A stretch of 64,000 bases of DNA, taken from positions 59,478 to 123,477 of the forward strand of contig JAFURQ010000027.1 of the NCBI GenBank assembly GCA_017471825.1. The letters run 5' to 3'. This stretch comes from Clostridia bacterium (GTDB lineage: Bacteria; Bacillota; Clostridia; Oscillospirales; CAG-272). Shown here piece after piece: positions 52,643-62,689 of this stretch (positions are counted from its first letter, which is position 1; each line of letters starts with the position of its first letter). A program made the translations under genes and the position numbers. Below the pieces are notes generated by a model that worked only from the letters and a program-made list of their open reading frames with translations, had not been told where the DNA came from and did not search any database.

Positions 52643-53041
52643 ATGCAGATTTCAGATGTAATCGCAGACATGCTCACAAGAATAAGAAATGCTAATGACG
52701 CAAAGCATGAAACTGTTGATATTCCCGCATCCAACCTTAAGAAGAGCATCGCTCAGATTCTTCTTGAGGAAGGTTATATTAAGAACTACCAGATCGTTGA
52801 AGACGGCAAGCAGGGCATCATAAGAGTAACTCTTAAGTATGCCGCAGGCAAGCAGAAGGTTATTCACGGTCTTCGTAGAGTTTCCAAGCCCGGTCTTCGT
52901 ATTTATTCCAATTGCGAAGATATGCCCAAGGTTATGAACGGTCTCGGTATCGCTATCGTTTCCACCTCTAAGGGCGTTATGACGGACAAGAAGGCAAGAC
53001 AGGCAAACGTCGGCGGCGAGATTCTCGCTTTCGTTTGGTAA
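52643..53041 (+). CDS. rpsH: 30S ribosomal protein S8
   Basis: The sequence is conserved and the position fits the operon order. Confidence 0.95.
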   Translation: MQISDVIADMLTRIRNANDAKHETVDIPASNLKKSIAQILLEEGYIKNYQIVEDGKQGIIRVTLKYAAGKQKVIHGLRRVSKPGLRIYSNCEDMPKVMNGLGIAIVSTSKGVMTDKKARQANVGGEILAFVW

Positions 53042-53059
53042 GAAAGGGAGGTAACTATA

Positions 53060-53599
53060 ATGTCAAGAATAGGAAGAGAGCCTATTGCGGTTCCCGCAGG
53101 CGTAACAGTCACTATTGCTGACGGTAACGTAGTTACTGTCAAGGGTCCTCTTGGAGAACTCACCCAGACCTTTAGCACGAACATCACTATCGCACAGGAG
53201 GGTGATAAGCTCATCGTAACCCGTCCTAACGATCAGAAGGAAAACCGTTCGCTTCACGGTCTTACCAGAACTCTTCTTAACAACATGGTAGTAGGCGTAA
53301 CCAAGGGCTTCGAGAAAAAGCTCGAGATCGTTGGTGTAGGTTACAGAGTAGAAAAGCAGGGAAGCAAGATCGTTCTTGGTCTCGGCTACTCTCACCCCGT
53401 TGTATTTGAAGAGGCAAACGGCGTTAAGTTTGAGATACCCGATACTACCACTATCATCGTTAAGGGTATCGATAAGCAGGCTGTAGGTCAGGTTGCTGCC
53501 GTTATAAGATCTAAAAGACCTCCTGAACCCTATCTTGGTAAGGGTGTTAAGTATACCGGTGAAAGAATTCGCCGCAAGGCCGGAAAAACCGGTAAATAA
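53060..53599 (+). CDS. rplF: 50S ribosomal protein L6
   Basis: The sequence is conserved and the position fits the operon order. Confidence 0.95.
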   Translation: MSRIGREPIAVPAGVTVTIADGNVVTVKGPLGELTQTFSTNITIAQEGDKLIVTRPNDQKENRSLHGLTRTLLNNMVVGVTKGFEKKLEIVGVGYRVEKQGSKIVLGLGYSHPVVFEEANGVKFEIPDTTTIIVKGIDKQAVGQVAAVIRSKRPPEPYLGKGVKYTGERIRRKAGKTGK

Positions 53600-53617
53600 T
53601 GAAAGGAGATTAGTAAA

Positions 53618-53977
53618 ATGGTCAAGAAAATTGACAGTAACTTACAGCGTCTTAAAAGACACAAGAGAGTTCGCGGTAAGATCTCGGGTACTCCCGAAAG
53701 ACCCCGTCTCGCTGTATATCGCTCGAATATGCACATCTCTGCGCAGATCATCGATGACGTTAACGGCGTAACGCTGGTAAGCGCTAACTCTTATGAAAAG
53801 AGCTTTGAGGGCACCGGCTCCAACAAGGAAGCAGCTCGCAAGGTTGGTAACACTCTCGCACAGAGAGCACTTGAAAAAGGCATTTCCGCAGTAGTATTTG
53901 ACCGCGGTGGCTACATTTATCACGGACGTGTATCAGAATTAGCAGAAGGCGCAAGAGAAGGCGGCCTTAAGTTCTAA
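53618..53977 (+). CDS. rplR: 50S ribosomal protein L18
   Basis: The sequence is conserved and the position fits the operon order. Confidence 0.95.
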   Translation: MVKKIDSNLQRLKRHKRVRGKISGTPERPRLAVYRSNMHISAQIIDDVNGVTLVSANSYEKSFEGTGSNKEAARKVGNTLAQRALEKGISAVVFDRGGYIYHGRVSELAEGAREGGLKF

Positions 53978-54030
53978 TCGCTGGTTTGTACACTGTTTCC
54001 ACAAGAAACATCTTATTAAGGAGAAAAAAC

Positions 54031-54534
54031 ATGGCAAAAAGAATCAATGCAGCTGAGCTTGATCTTCAGGAGCAGCTTGTAGTATTAAACCGTGTTTCCA
54101 AGACCGTAAAGGGCGGTAGAATCGCTCGTTTTGCAGCTATCATGGTAGTAGGCGACGGAAATGGACATGTAGGCTTCGGCCTCGGTAAAGCAGCAGAGGT
54201 TCCCGATGCAATCCGCAAGGGAATCGAGGATGCAAAGAAAAATATGATCGAAGTATCGCTTAACGGCTCCACCATACCTCACGAGGTTATCGGTGAGTAC
54301 GGCGCAGGCAGAGTTCTTCTCAAGCCCGCCGGCCCCGGTACCGGTATTATCGCAGGTGGTACTGTTCGTACTATTCTTGCTCTTGCAGGAATTAAGAACA
54401 TTCGTGCTAAGTGCCTTCGTTCTTCTAACCCCACGAACGTAGTTAAGGCTACCTTCGAGGGACTTAAGGCTCTTAAGACTGCTGAAGAAATTGCAGCTCT
54501 GCGCGGTATCAGCGTAGAAGACGTTAAGGCATAA
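54031..54534 (+). CDS. rpsE: 30S ribosomal protein S5
   Basis: The start was set at [14 protein letters not shown] (ATG at 54031), with AAGGAG upstream. Confidence 0.93.
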   Translation: MAKRINAAELDLQEQLVVLNRVSKTVKGGRIARFAAIMVVGDGNGHVGFGLGKAAEVPDAIRKGIEDAKKNMIEVSLNGSTIPHEVIGEYGAGRVLLKPAGPGTGIIAGGTVRTILALAGIKNIRAKCLRSSNPTNVVKATFEGLKALKTAEEIAALRGISVEDVKA

Positions 54535-54547
54535 GGGGGTAACGGTA

Positions 54548-54727
54548 ATGGAAAACGTTAAGGTTACACTCGTAAAGAGCCTTATAGCTTGCAAGGCTAA
54601 TCAGATCGCGACTGCAAAGTCGCTCGGTCTTAAAAGACCCGGTGATTCCATCGTATGCGCAAACGACGCAGTTTTGATGGGCAAAATCAAGGTTATTTCA
54701 CACCTTGTAAAAGTTGAAACCGTTTAA
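54548..54727 (+). CDS. rpmD: 50S ribosomal protein L30
   Basis: The 59-aa ORF MENVKVTLVKSLIACKANQIATAKSLGLKRPGDSIVC...KVISHLVKVETV was read from the DNA. It is below the ORF-track cut-off. Its position between rpsE and rplO is canonical. Confidence 0.88.
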   Translation: MENVKVTLVKSLIACKANQIATAKSLGLKRPGDSIVCANDAVLMGKIKVISHLVKVETV

Positions 54728-54751
54728 TCGGAATTGAAAGGAGGATAAAAT

Positions 54752-55195
54752 ATGAAGCTCCATGAACTTTCACCCCAGGAAGGCTCCGTAAAGGCAAGAT
54801 TCCGCAAGGGTAGAGGCGCAGGTTCCGGAAACGGAAAAACAGCAGGTAAAGGTCACAAGGGACAGAACGCTCGCTCCGGCGGCGGTGTAAGACCCGGATT
54901 TGAGGGCGGTCAGCTTCCCCTTTACAGAAAACTTCCCAAAAGAGGATTTAATAACTACAGATTCGGCAAGAAGTATGCCGTAATCAACGTTCAGTCTTTG
55001 AATAACTTCAACAACGGCGACGTAGTTGACTGTGAGGCGCTTCTTGCTACCGGCATCATCAGCAAGTGCTACGATGGTGTTAAGGTGCTTGGCGAGGGCG
55101 AAATCACTAAGGCACTCACTGTTAAGGCAGCAGTCTTCTCGGCAACCGCTAAGGAGAAGATTGAAGCAGTAGGTGGAAAGACTGAGGTGGTATAA
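54752..55195 (+). CDS. rplO: 50S ribosomal protein L15
   Basis: The sequence is conserved and the position fits the operon order. Confidence 0.95.
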   Translation: MKLHELSPQEGSVKARFRKGRGAGSGNGKTAGKGHKGQNARSGGGVRPGFEGGQLPLYRKLPKRGFNNYRFGKKYAVINVQSLNNFNNGDVVDCEALLATGIISKCYDGVKVLGEGEITKALTVKAAVFSATAKEKIEAVGGKTEVV

Positions 55196-56647
55196 ATGCT
55201 TCAGACACTTAAGAACGCATGGAAAACAAAGGAAATAAGAGGTAAGATTCTCTTCACTCTCTTCATTCTTTTGATATACCGTATAGGTACAGTTATTCCC
55301 GTTCCTTTCGTCGAGGCAAACAATTTCGCGGGCTCATTCAGCGGAACCATACTTGACCAGATGAACATACTTTCGGGTGGCTCTCTTGGAACGGCAACGC
55401 TTTTTGCTCTCGGTGTATCACCCTACATTAACGCCTCAATTATAATTCAGCTTCTTACCGTCGTATTCCCTAAGCTTGGCGAAATTGGAAAGAACGACAA
55501 AGAGAAGATGAACCTTATTACTAGAATTACAACTGTTGCTCTTGCAATAGTTACCGCAATCGGATACTACTTCCTTCTTAAGAACAACGGCGCGCTTACC
55601 AACGCTGCTACAAGCGCTGATAGCTCGATGGCTTGGTTCTACGGAATAGTAATCGTTGCTTGTTATTGCGCAGGCGCTTCGATCATTATGTGGCTTGGCG
55701 AGCGCATTAACGAGAAGGGTATCGGTAACGGTATTTCAATGATCCTTTTTGCAAATATCATTTCCGTAATTCCTTCCTTCTTCTACAATCTTATCTCTCT
55801 TGTAGCTTCTACCTACAGCTACGAGAAGAACGTTTGGCTTTACGCTATACTTTCTACACTCTTCGCAATCGTTCTTATTGCAGTAATCGTTGCTATGTTT
55901 ATGTTCGTAATCTGGGTAACGGGCTCTGAAAGAAGAATTTCTATTCAGTATGCAAAAAGAGTTGTTGGACGTAAGATGTACGGCGGTCAGAGCCAGAACC
56001 TTCCCATTAAGCTTAATATGACCGGCGTTATGCCCGTTATATTCGCAAGCTCCATCGTATCTCTCGTTCCCACAATCCTCGCACTCTGCGGTGTAACCGA
56101 AGAAACAGAGGGCTTCTGGGGCGGTTGTGCAAGATTCCTTGCTGCCGATGGCGTTATATATCCTATACTTCTGTTCGTTCTTATTATTGCATTCGCATAC
56201 TTCTATACTCAGATCTCCTTTGATCCGGTTGAGGTTGCAAACAATATTAAGAGACAGGGCGGTACTATTCCCGGTATCAGACAGGGTAGACCCACCGCAC
56301 TTTATATCAAGAAGATTCTCGGCAAGGTAACTCTTGTCGGAGCACTCTTCCTTGGTATCGTAGCGGTTCTCCCCGTTGTTGCAGGTCCTCATATTCTCCA
56401 GCATATTATTGCTTGGATAGTAAACGGTTCTCCCGATGCTCTCGCAGCAGAGGAGCTTACCGCACAGGGCATGGGATGGTACGTAACAGGATATCTTGAG
56501 CCTATGCTTGAGCAGCGTGTTTCTTCGCTTACAAGCTCGTTCACCTTCGGTGGTACAACCCTTCTTATTATAGTAGGTGTTGTTCTCGAAACATTCAGAG
56601 AGCTTGAGGCACAACTCACTATGCGTAACTACAAAGGTTTCCTTTAA
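55196..56647 (+). CDS. secY: preprotein translocase subunit SecY (483 aa, longer than usual)
   Basis: The TM topology and motifs are conserved. An extra segment of roughly 45 aa lies before the last TM helices. Confidence 0.93.
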   Translation: MLQTLKNAWKTKEIRGKILFTLFILLIYRIGTVIPVPFVEANNFAGSFSGTILDQMNILSGGSLGTATLFALGVSPYINASIIIQLLTVVFPKLGEIGKNDKEKMNLITRITTVALAIVTAIGYYFLLKNNGALTNAATSADSSMAWFYGIVIVACYCAGASIIMWLGERINEKGIGNGISMILFANIISVIPSFFYNLISLVASTYSYEKNVWLYAILSTLFAIVLIAVIVAMFMFVIWVTGSERRISIQYAKRVVGRKMYGGQSQNLPIKLNMTGVMPVIFASSIVSLVPTILALCGVTEETEGFWGGCARFLAADGVIYPILLFVLIIAFAYFYTQISFDPVEVANNIKRQGGTIPGIRQGRPTALYIKKILGKVTLVGALFLGIVAVLPVVAGPHILQHIIAWIVNGSPDALAAEELTAQGMGWYVTGYLEPMLEQRVSSLTSSFTFGGTTLLIIVGVVLETFRELEAQLTMRNYKGFL

Positions 56648-56670
56648 TTTCTCGCATTGAGGTACGAAAT

Positions 56671-57303
56671 ATGAAGATAATTTTTCTTGGCGCTCCCGGC
56701 GCAGGCAAAGGCACACAGGCGGAGAAAACCTCCGTGCGCCTCGGTATTCCTACAATCTCAACGGGTGCTATCATCCGTGAGGCTGTAAAAACCGGCACTG
56801 AAATGGGACTCAAAGCCAAAAAAAGTATGGAGCAGGGTGCTCTTGTTGAGGATGATGTAGTAATCGGAATCATTAAAGAGCGTCTTGCAAAGTCGGACTG
56901 TGCAAACGGATTCATCCTCGATGGATTTCCCCGTACGGTACCGCAGGCAATAGCACTTGAAAAAATGGGCATCACGCTTGACAAGGTTATCTCGATAGAG
57001 GTTCCCGATGAGGTTATCTCCGCGAGAATGACAGGCAGACGCGTTTGCTCCACTTGCGGCGCATCCTATCACGTTACCGATAACCCCTCGCGTAACGGCG
57101 AAACCTGCGATAAATGCGACACGCCCCTTACCGTAAGGGCTGATGACGCTCCCGAGGTAGTGCTTTCACGCCTTGCAGTATATCACGAAACCACAGAACC
57201 CCTCAAGGATTATTACAAAGCGAAGGGTATGCTTGAAATCGTTGACGGAAACGGTCCTGTGGAGCAGACATCTGCTCGTACTCTTGAAGCAATAGGAAAA
57301 TGA
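56671..57303 (+). CDS. adk: adenylate kinase (zinc-lid type)
   Basis: GAPGAGKGTQ is the P-loop. The lid carries CSTCGASYH...CDKCD. Confidence 0.95.
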   Translation: MKIIFLGAPGAGKGTQAEKTSVRLGIPTISTGAIIREAVKTGTEMGLKAKKSMEQGALVEDDVVIGIIKERLAKSDCANGFILDGFPRTVPQAIALEKMGITLDKVISIEVPDEVISARMTGRRVCSTCGASYHVTDNPSRNGETCDKCDTPLTVRADDAPEVVLSRLAVYHETTEPLKDYYKAKGMLEIVDGNGPVEQTSARTLEAIGK

Positions 57304-58052
57304 TTATTATCAAAAATTCCGAGCAAATTGCTCTTATGAAAAAAGCCGGTCAGATCACGGCAGAGGCGTTGCTACTTGCCCGTGATCTTGTCAGACCGGG
57401 AATCTCGACTAAAGAGATTGATACCAAAATACACGCGTTCATAACGAAATGCGGCGCAGTCCCGTCTTTTCTGGGATACGGCGGATTTCCGGGCAGTGCT
57501 TGTATATCAATCAACGATGAGGTCATACACGGAATACCCTCGGCGAAGAGAATTCTCAATGAGGGTGATATCGTAAAAATTGATGTCGGGGCTCGCTACC
57601 GCGGCTATAATGGCGACAGTGCAAGAACGTTTCCTGTCGGCAAGGTAAGCGATGAGGCCCTGAGGCTTATTTCGGTCACTGAACAAAGCTTCTATGAGGC
57701 GATGAAGTTCGCGAAAGCGGGCAATCGCGTCGGGGACATCGGTTCTGCGGTTGAGAATTTCGTCATTTCAAATGGCTTCTCGGTAGTCAAGGAATACGTC
57801 GGACACGGCGTTGGAGCAGAGCTTCATGAGGATCCCTCGGTTCCCAATTATGGCAAAGCCGGTAAGGGCGCTCGCCTTTATCCCGGCATGACCCTTGCTA
57901 TAGAGCCTATGGTTAATGCGGGTGTCGAAGGAGTTAAGGTACTAAAGGACGGTTGGACGGTGAAAACTCTCGACGGTAAGCTTTCAGCTCACTACGAGAA
58001 CAGCATCCTGATAACCGAAGGAGATCCTATTATGCTTACTGTTGTGAGCTAA
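57300..58052 (+). CDS. map: type I methionine aminopeptidase
   Basis: The metal ligands are conserved and the gene follows adk. Confidence 0.93.
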   Translation: MIIIKNSEQIALMKKAGQITAEALLLARDLVRPGISTKEIDTKIHAFITKCGAVPSFLGYGGFPGSACISINDEVIHGIPSAKRILNEGDIVKIDVGARYRGYNGDSARTFPVGKVSDEALRLISVTEQSFYEAMKFAKAGNRVGDIGSAVENFVISNGFSVVKEYVGHGVGAELHEDPSVPNYGKAGKGARLYPGMTLAIEPMVNAGVEGVKVLKDGWTVKTLDGKLSAHYENSILITEGDPIMLTVVS

Positions 58053-58075
58053 AATATTAAAGAGGAGAAATTGCT

Positions 58076-58297
58076 TTGGCAAAGAACGATCTTATCGAAT
58101 TTGAAGATTGTGTGGTTGTGGAAGTGCTTCCCAATACTGTCTTCAAGGTAAAGCTCCCGAACGGTCACATTGTAACCGCGACAATTTCGGGCAAGCTTAG
58201 AATGAATTATATCAGAATTCTCGTCGGAGATACGGTAACAGTCGAGGTTTCGCCTTACGATATCTCAAAGGGTCGTATCACCTGGAGAAAGAAATAA
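58076..58297 (+). CDS. infA: translation initiation factor IF-1
   Basis: The S1-like fold sequence is present. The apparent start is TTG, with AGAGGAG upstream. Confidence 0.9.
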   Translation: MAKNDLIEFEDCVVVEVLPNTVFKVKLPNGHIVTATISGKLRMNYIRILVGDTVTVEVSPYDISKGRITWRKK

Positions 58298-58322
58298 TAT
58301 CTCGAAAGGAAAGGTATTAAAA

Positions 58323-58436
58323 ATGAAAGTTAAGCCTTCCGTCAAAAGAATTTGCGAAAAGTGTAAGATCATTAAAAGACACGGCAAAATAATGGTCATC
58401 TGCGAAAATCCGAAGCACAAGCAGCGTCAGGGCTGA
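58323..58436 (+). CDS. rpmJ: 50S ribosomal protein L36 (zinc form)
   Basis: The 37-aa [40 protein letters not shown] was read from the DNA. Confidence 0.9.
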   Translation: MKVKPSVKRICEKCKIIKRHGKIMVICENPKHKQRQG

Positions 58437-58497
58437 TATTCGGGTAGGAATTACGCAAATCCGACGACATTAAATTTAAAAAGGAGTATATATCGAA

Positions 58498-58866
58498 ATG
58501 GCTCGTATAGCTGGTGTTGATATTCCCAACAACAAGCGCGTTGAAATCGCGCTCACATACATTTACGGTATCGGTCTTAAGAGTTCTCAGGATATCCTTG
58601 CAAAAACAGGTATCAATCCTGACACTCGTGCAAAGGACCTTACCGAAGCTGAAGTAGCCGCGCTCCGTGATGAAATCGAAGCAAACTATCGTGTAGAGGG
58701 TGACCTCCGCCGTGAAGTTGCTCTTAACATCAAGAGCCTGGTTGAAATCAATTGCTATCGCGGTATCAGACACAGAAAGGGTCTCCCTGTAAGAGGTCAG
58801 CGTACCAAGACTAACGCAAGAACAAGAAAAGGTCCCGCAAAGACCATCGCTAATAAGAAGAAATAA
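58498..58866 (+). CDS. rpsM: 30S ribosomal protein S13
   Basis: The sequence is conserved and the position fits the operon order. Confidence 0.95.
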   Translation: MARIAGVDIPNNKRVEIALTYIYGIGLKSSQDILAKTGINPDTRAKDLTEAEVAALRDEIEANYRVEGDLRREVALNIKSLVEINCYRGIRHRKGLPVRGQRTKTNARTRKGPAKTIANKKK

Positions 58867-58879
58867 GGAGTGAGATAAG

Positions 58880-59272
58880 ATGGCAGTAGCTAAGAAAGTA
58901 ATCAAAAAGCGCCGCGAACGTAAGAACGTTGAAAAAGGCGTAGCACACATCCGTTCCACTTTCAACAACACAATAGTTACTATTTCCGATATGCAGGGCA
59001 ACGTAATTTCCTGGGGTACTGCAGGTGAGATGGGCTTCAAGGGCTCTAAGAAGTCTACCCCCTACGCAGCTCAGACCGCTGCTGAGCATGCAGCAAAGCT
59101 TGCTGTTGATAACGGAATGAAGACTGTTGAGGTTCTCGTAAGAGGTCCCGGAGCAGGTAGAGAATCTGCAATCCGCGCTCTTGCAACCGCAGGTCTTGAG
59201 ATAACTATGATTAAGGACGTAACACCGATTCCTCACAACGGTTGTCGTCCTCCTAAGCGCAGACGCGTTTAA
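58880..59272 (+). CDS. rpsK: 30S ribosomal protein S11
   Basis: The sequence is conserved and the position fits the operon order. Confidence 0.95.
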   Translation: MAVAKKVIKKRRERKNVEKGVAHIRSTFNNTIVTISDMQGNVISWGTAGEMGFKGSKKSTPYAAQTAAEHAAKLAVDNGMKTVEVLVRGPGAGRESAIRALATAGLEITMIKDVTPIPHNGCRPPKRRRV

Positions 59273-59291
59273 TCAAAGGAGGTAATGTAAA

Positions 59292-59918
59292 ATGGCAAGA
59301 TATACAGGCCCTAACTGTAAGCAGTGCCGTCGTGAAGGTTGCAAGCTCTATCTTAAGGGTGAGCGTTGCACAAACGGCAAGTGCGCATTCGACCACAGAA
59401 GCACCGCCCCCGGTCAGCACGGCGCGGCTCGTAAGAAGGTTGGAGAATACGGCAAGCAGCTTCGTGAGAAGCAGAAGGCAAGACGCTACTACGGCGTACT
59501 TGAAGGACAGTTCAAGCACTACTATGAAATGGCAGAAAAGATGGAAGGTATTACCGGTGAAAACCTCCTTATCCTTCTTGAAAGACGTCTTGACAACGTA
59601 GTGTACAGAATGGGTATGGCAGCATCCAGAAAGGAAGCTCGTCAGCTTGTTCTTCACGCACACTTCACTCTTAACGGTAAGAAGGTAAGCATTCCTTCCA
59701 TTCTCGTTAAGGCCGGTGACGTTATCGCGGTTAAAGAGTCCAGCAAGGAAAGCGTAAAGATCAAGGCTCTTGCAGAGCAGATGGCTACCACCACTACTCC
59801 CAAGTGGCTTGAGAACGATGCAGCTAATCTTACTACCAAGGTTGTAGCTCTTCCCGAAAGAGAAGACATCGACTTCGAGTTCGAAGAGCAGCTTATCGTC
59901 GAGCTCTATTCCAAGTAA
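59292..59918 (+). CDS. rpsD: 30S ribosomal protein S4 (with an N-terminal Cys4 cluster)
   Basis: [31 protein letters not shown]... is followed by the conserved S4 domain. Confidence 0.95.
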   Translation: MARYTGPNCKQCRREGCKLYLKGERCTNGKCAFDHRSTAPGQHGAARKKVGEYGKQLREKQKARRYYGVLEGQFKHYYEMAEKMEGITGENLLILLERRLDNVVYRMGMAASRKEARQLVLHAHFTLNGKKVSIPSILVKAGDVIAVKESSKESVKIKALAEQMATTTTPKWLENDAANLTTKVVALPEREDIDFEFEEQLIVELYSK

Positions 59919-60041
59919 TCCCTCCGATACGAGCGCAAGAATTTTGGAAGATCTCGCTTCAATGCTACAGTCTTTCACAATTCTTCGCTTCATATCAGTT
60001 TATTTTAATTTAAACAAACACAAACAGGAGGTAATTTTAAA

Positions 60042-61019
60042 ATGATGAACGCAATAGAGAAGTTCAATATTAATGTGGCAAACGTTTCGGAAGATGAAAG
60101 CGAAGCAATATTCGTAGTTGAGCCCCTTGTGCGCGGCTACGGTATTACTCTCGGTAACTCTCTTCGCAGAGTTTTGCTTTCCACCCTCCCCGGCTATGCT
60201 GCAACAAGCATAAAGATTGACGGTGTTCTTCACGAAATCTCCGCTTGTAACGGAGTTAAGGAGGACGTTCCCGAAATCGTGCTTAACGTAAAGGGAATAG
60301 TTGCCAAGGTTGAATCCGAGGGTCCCAAGACCGTTGTAATAGACGTAACGGGTCCTTGCAATGTAACCGCAGGCGATATCACTCCCGATGCCGATCTCAC
60401 CATTCTCAACCCCGACTGGCATATTTGCACAGTATCCGAGAATGCTCGCTTCTATATGGAAATCACCTTTGACGAGGGCCGTGGATACGTTCCCTCCGAT
60501 GTAAACAAGCAGATTTACCTTGCAGAAGCAGGTGCGAACATGGGCGCTCCTATCGGTCTTATCTTCGTTGACTCTATTTTCACACCCGTATATAAGGTTG
60601 AATACAACGTAGAGAACACCCGTGTAGGTAATATTACCGACTATGACAAGCTTACCGTCAAGATAAAGACAAACGGCACAATCTCCGCAAAGGAAGCAAT
60701 CTCCCTTGCCGCCAAGGTTCTCAACGAGCACCTCAAACTCTTCATCGATATGTCAGACGAGGCCAAGAAGGCTGAAGTTATGGTAGAGAGAGCAGAGGTT
60801 AAGAAGGAAAAAGTCCTTGAGATGACCATTGAGGAACTTGATCTGTCGGTTCGTAGCTTCAACTGCTTGAAGCGCGCCGGCATAGATACGGTTGAAGATC
60901 TGATTGAACGTACCGAGGATGATATGATGAAGGTTCGTAACCTCGGCCGTAAGTCCCTTGAGGAAGTTATACAGAAGTTAAGTTCTTTGAACCTCAGTTT
61001 GAAGAAAGACGAAGAATAA
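60042..61019 (+). CDS. rpoA: DNA-directed RNA polymerase subunit alpha
   Basis: The N-terminal and C-terminal domains are conserved, including [17 protein letters not shown]. Confidence 0.95.
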   Translation: MMNAIEKFNINVANVSEDESEAIFVVEPLVRGYGITLGNSLRRVLLSTLPGYAATSIKIDGVLHEISACNGVKEDVPEIVLNVKGIVAKVESEGPKTVVIDVTGPCNVTAGDITPDADLTILNPDWHICTVSENARFYMEITFDEGRGYVPSDVNKQIYLAEAGANMGAPIGLIFVDSIFTPVYKVEYNVENTRVGNITDYDKLTVKIKTNGTISAKEAISLAAKVLNEHLKLFIDMSDEAKKAEVMVERAEVKKEKVLEMTIEELDLSVRSFNCLKRAGIDTVEDLIERTEDDMMKVRNLGRKSLEEVIQKLSSLNLSLKKDEE

Positions 61020-61038
61020 GAAACAGGAGGAAACAGAC

Positions 61039-61398
61039 ATGAGAAAACTCGGCAGAACCACCGCTCAGCGTAAGGCTATGCTCAGAGGCATGGTAACTCT
61101 TCTTCTTGAAACCGGCAAGATCGAAACAACATATACCAGAGCGCAGGAAGTATCTGCAAAGGCAGATGAAATGATCACCCTCGGTAAGAAGGGCGACCTT
61201 GCTTCCTATCGCGCGGCTCTTGCTTTTATTACTAAGGAAGATGTTGCTAAAAAGGTATTCAGTGTTATCGCTCCCGCTTACGCAAACGTAAACGGCGGCT
61301 ATACTCAGGTATACAAGATGGGTCCCCGTCGTGGTGACGGAGCTGAAACCGCTATCGTAAAGCTCGTAGCAGTTAAGGCAGAGGAAACCGAAGCATAA
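61039..61398 (+). CDS. rplQ: 50S ribosomal protein L17
   Basis: The sequence is conserved and it is the last gene of the alpha operon. Confidence 0.95.
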   Translation: MRKLGRTTAQRKAMLRGMVTLLLETGKIETTYTRAQEVSAKADEMITLGKKGDLASYRAALAFITKEDVAKKVFSVIAPAYANVNGGYTQVYKMGPRRGDGAETAIVKLVAVKAEETEA

Positions 61399-61419
61399 TA
61401 GCCATTGGCTAAAAAGAAA

Positions 61420-61448
61420 AAGGAATCTCGTATGAGGTTCCTTTTTTG
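61420..61448 (+). terminator. rho-independent terminator of the alpha operon
   Basis: The stem ggaatctc gtat gaggttcc (with one G-U pair) is followed by TTTTTTG. Confidence 0.7.
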
Positions 61449-61553
61449 ATTGAAGAGATTAGTCATGAGGAACAAGATTTCCTTTATACTATTGACAATG
61501 AGAGTTATTTAAACTATAATTGTTTTAGTTAAAATAACTTTTGGAGGCTTATT

Positions 61554-62597
61554 ATGAGCAATATTCCTGTATATTGGAAAACAAGGCTTGACGAGGTTGA
61601 AGAAACCTTGAAGCTCGTAAAAAAGGGCGTTGTAACGCAGCCTGCGGTATCTGCCGGTGGAAGACCTATTTATATGGTTGAGTACGGAAAATCAACTCTC
61701 CCACCTCGTACCGCAAACTGTTCAAGCGCACTCGGTGCCTGCGGTAAAATTGAGTGCTACGCAGATAAGAGCAGCCCTGATTACATTCCCACAGTATTCC
61801 TTTGCGGATGTGTACACGGCGGCGAATTTGAAGGCACGGTTGCTATGCTTAATCTTATAAAGCTTATTGAAACCGGCACAGATTATCGCGGCGAGCGTAA
61901 TGATGAGCTTGTAGAGCTCGCGGAAAAGGTACACCTTATTCTTGTTCCTATGGTTAACCCCGATGGAAGAAGCCACATTCCGTTCGACTCCTTCGTTGGA
62001 AGAACGTTTTATGATCTTCGCTATTATAATCAGGGAACCTGGAAGGACGGCTCGCTTTGTGGCTGGCCCGAATGTAAAATGTTCCATCCGATAAAGGATT
62101 ACGTTGACTATCTCGGCGGATATTTCAATGACGACGGAGTGAATATGATGCACGAGGATTTTATTGGAGGTAAGCTCTCAACAGGAACACAGCTCGTTTT
62201 TGATATATGCCGCGAGCACGCTCCCGATTTTTCCATTCTTCTTCACGGCGGAGATAACTCTTATCCTCACATTCTTCCACCTGATTATGCATCTAAAAAG
62301 GCTAAGCTTGAGGTTCTTGCTGTAATGGATGCGGTGAAGGAAAGAAGTGAAAAGGAAGGAATCGGCTTCAGTCATTTGGGACTCAGAGAATCGGAGAACA
62401 ATCCGAAGCCTCCGTCATTCAATCTTATTTCCGCTATGCACCACTGTTGTTCTGAGCCTGCGATTACGTATGAATCAAATCAAGGTCTTATAGAGCACAG
62501 AGAGCCATGCTATACGCATGACCAAATCTATCTTTCACATATGATTCTTTTTGTTGAAACGTTACGTGTACAGCTGAAACGCTACAACAAGATATAA
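61554..62597 (+). CDS. M14-like zinc carboxypeptidase/deacylase family protein (tentative)
   Basis: VHGGEFEG is an HxxE zinc motif. ...LILVPMVNPDGR is a typical M14-like segment. Confidence 0.45.
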   Translation: MSNIPVYWKTRLDEVEETLKLVKKGVVTQPAVSAGGRPIYMVEYGKSTLPPRTANCSSALGACGKIECYADKSSPDYIPTVFLCGCVHGGEFEGTVAMLNLIKLIETGTDYRGERNDELVELAEKVHLILVPMVNPDGRSHIPFDSFVGRTFYDLRYYNQGTWKDGSLCGWPECKMFHPIKDYVDYLGGYFNDDGVNMMHEDFIGGKLSTGTQLVFDICREHAPDFSILLHGGDNSYPHILPPDYASKKAKLEVLAVMDAVKERSEKEGIGFSHLGLRESENNPKPPSFNLISAMHHCCSEPAITYESNQGLIEHREPCYTHDQIYLSHMILFVETLRVQLKRYNKI

Positions 62598-62689
62598 AAT
62601 TAAAAAAGCATGGGCGTTTGCCTATGCTTTTTTAATTTTATATGATAAAACAAAGAATTTTTCCATCACGGTATGGTAAAAATATAATT

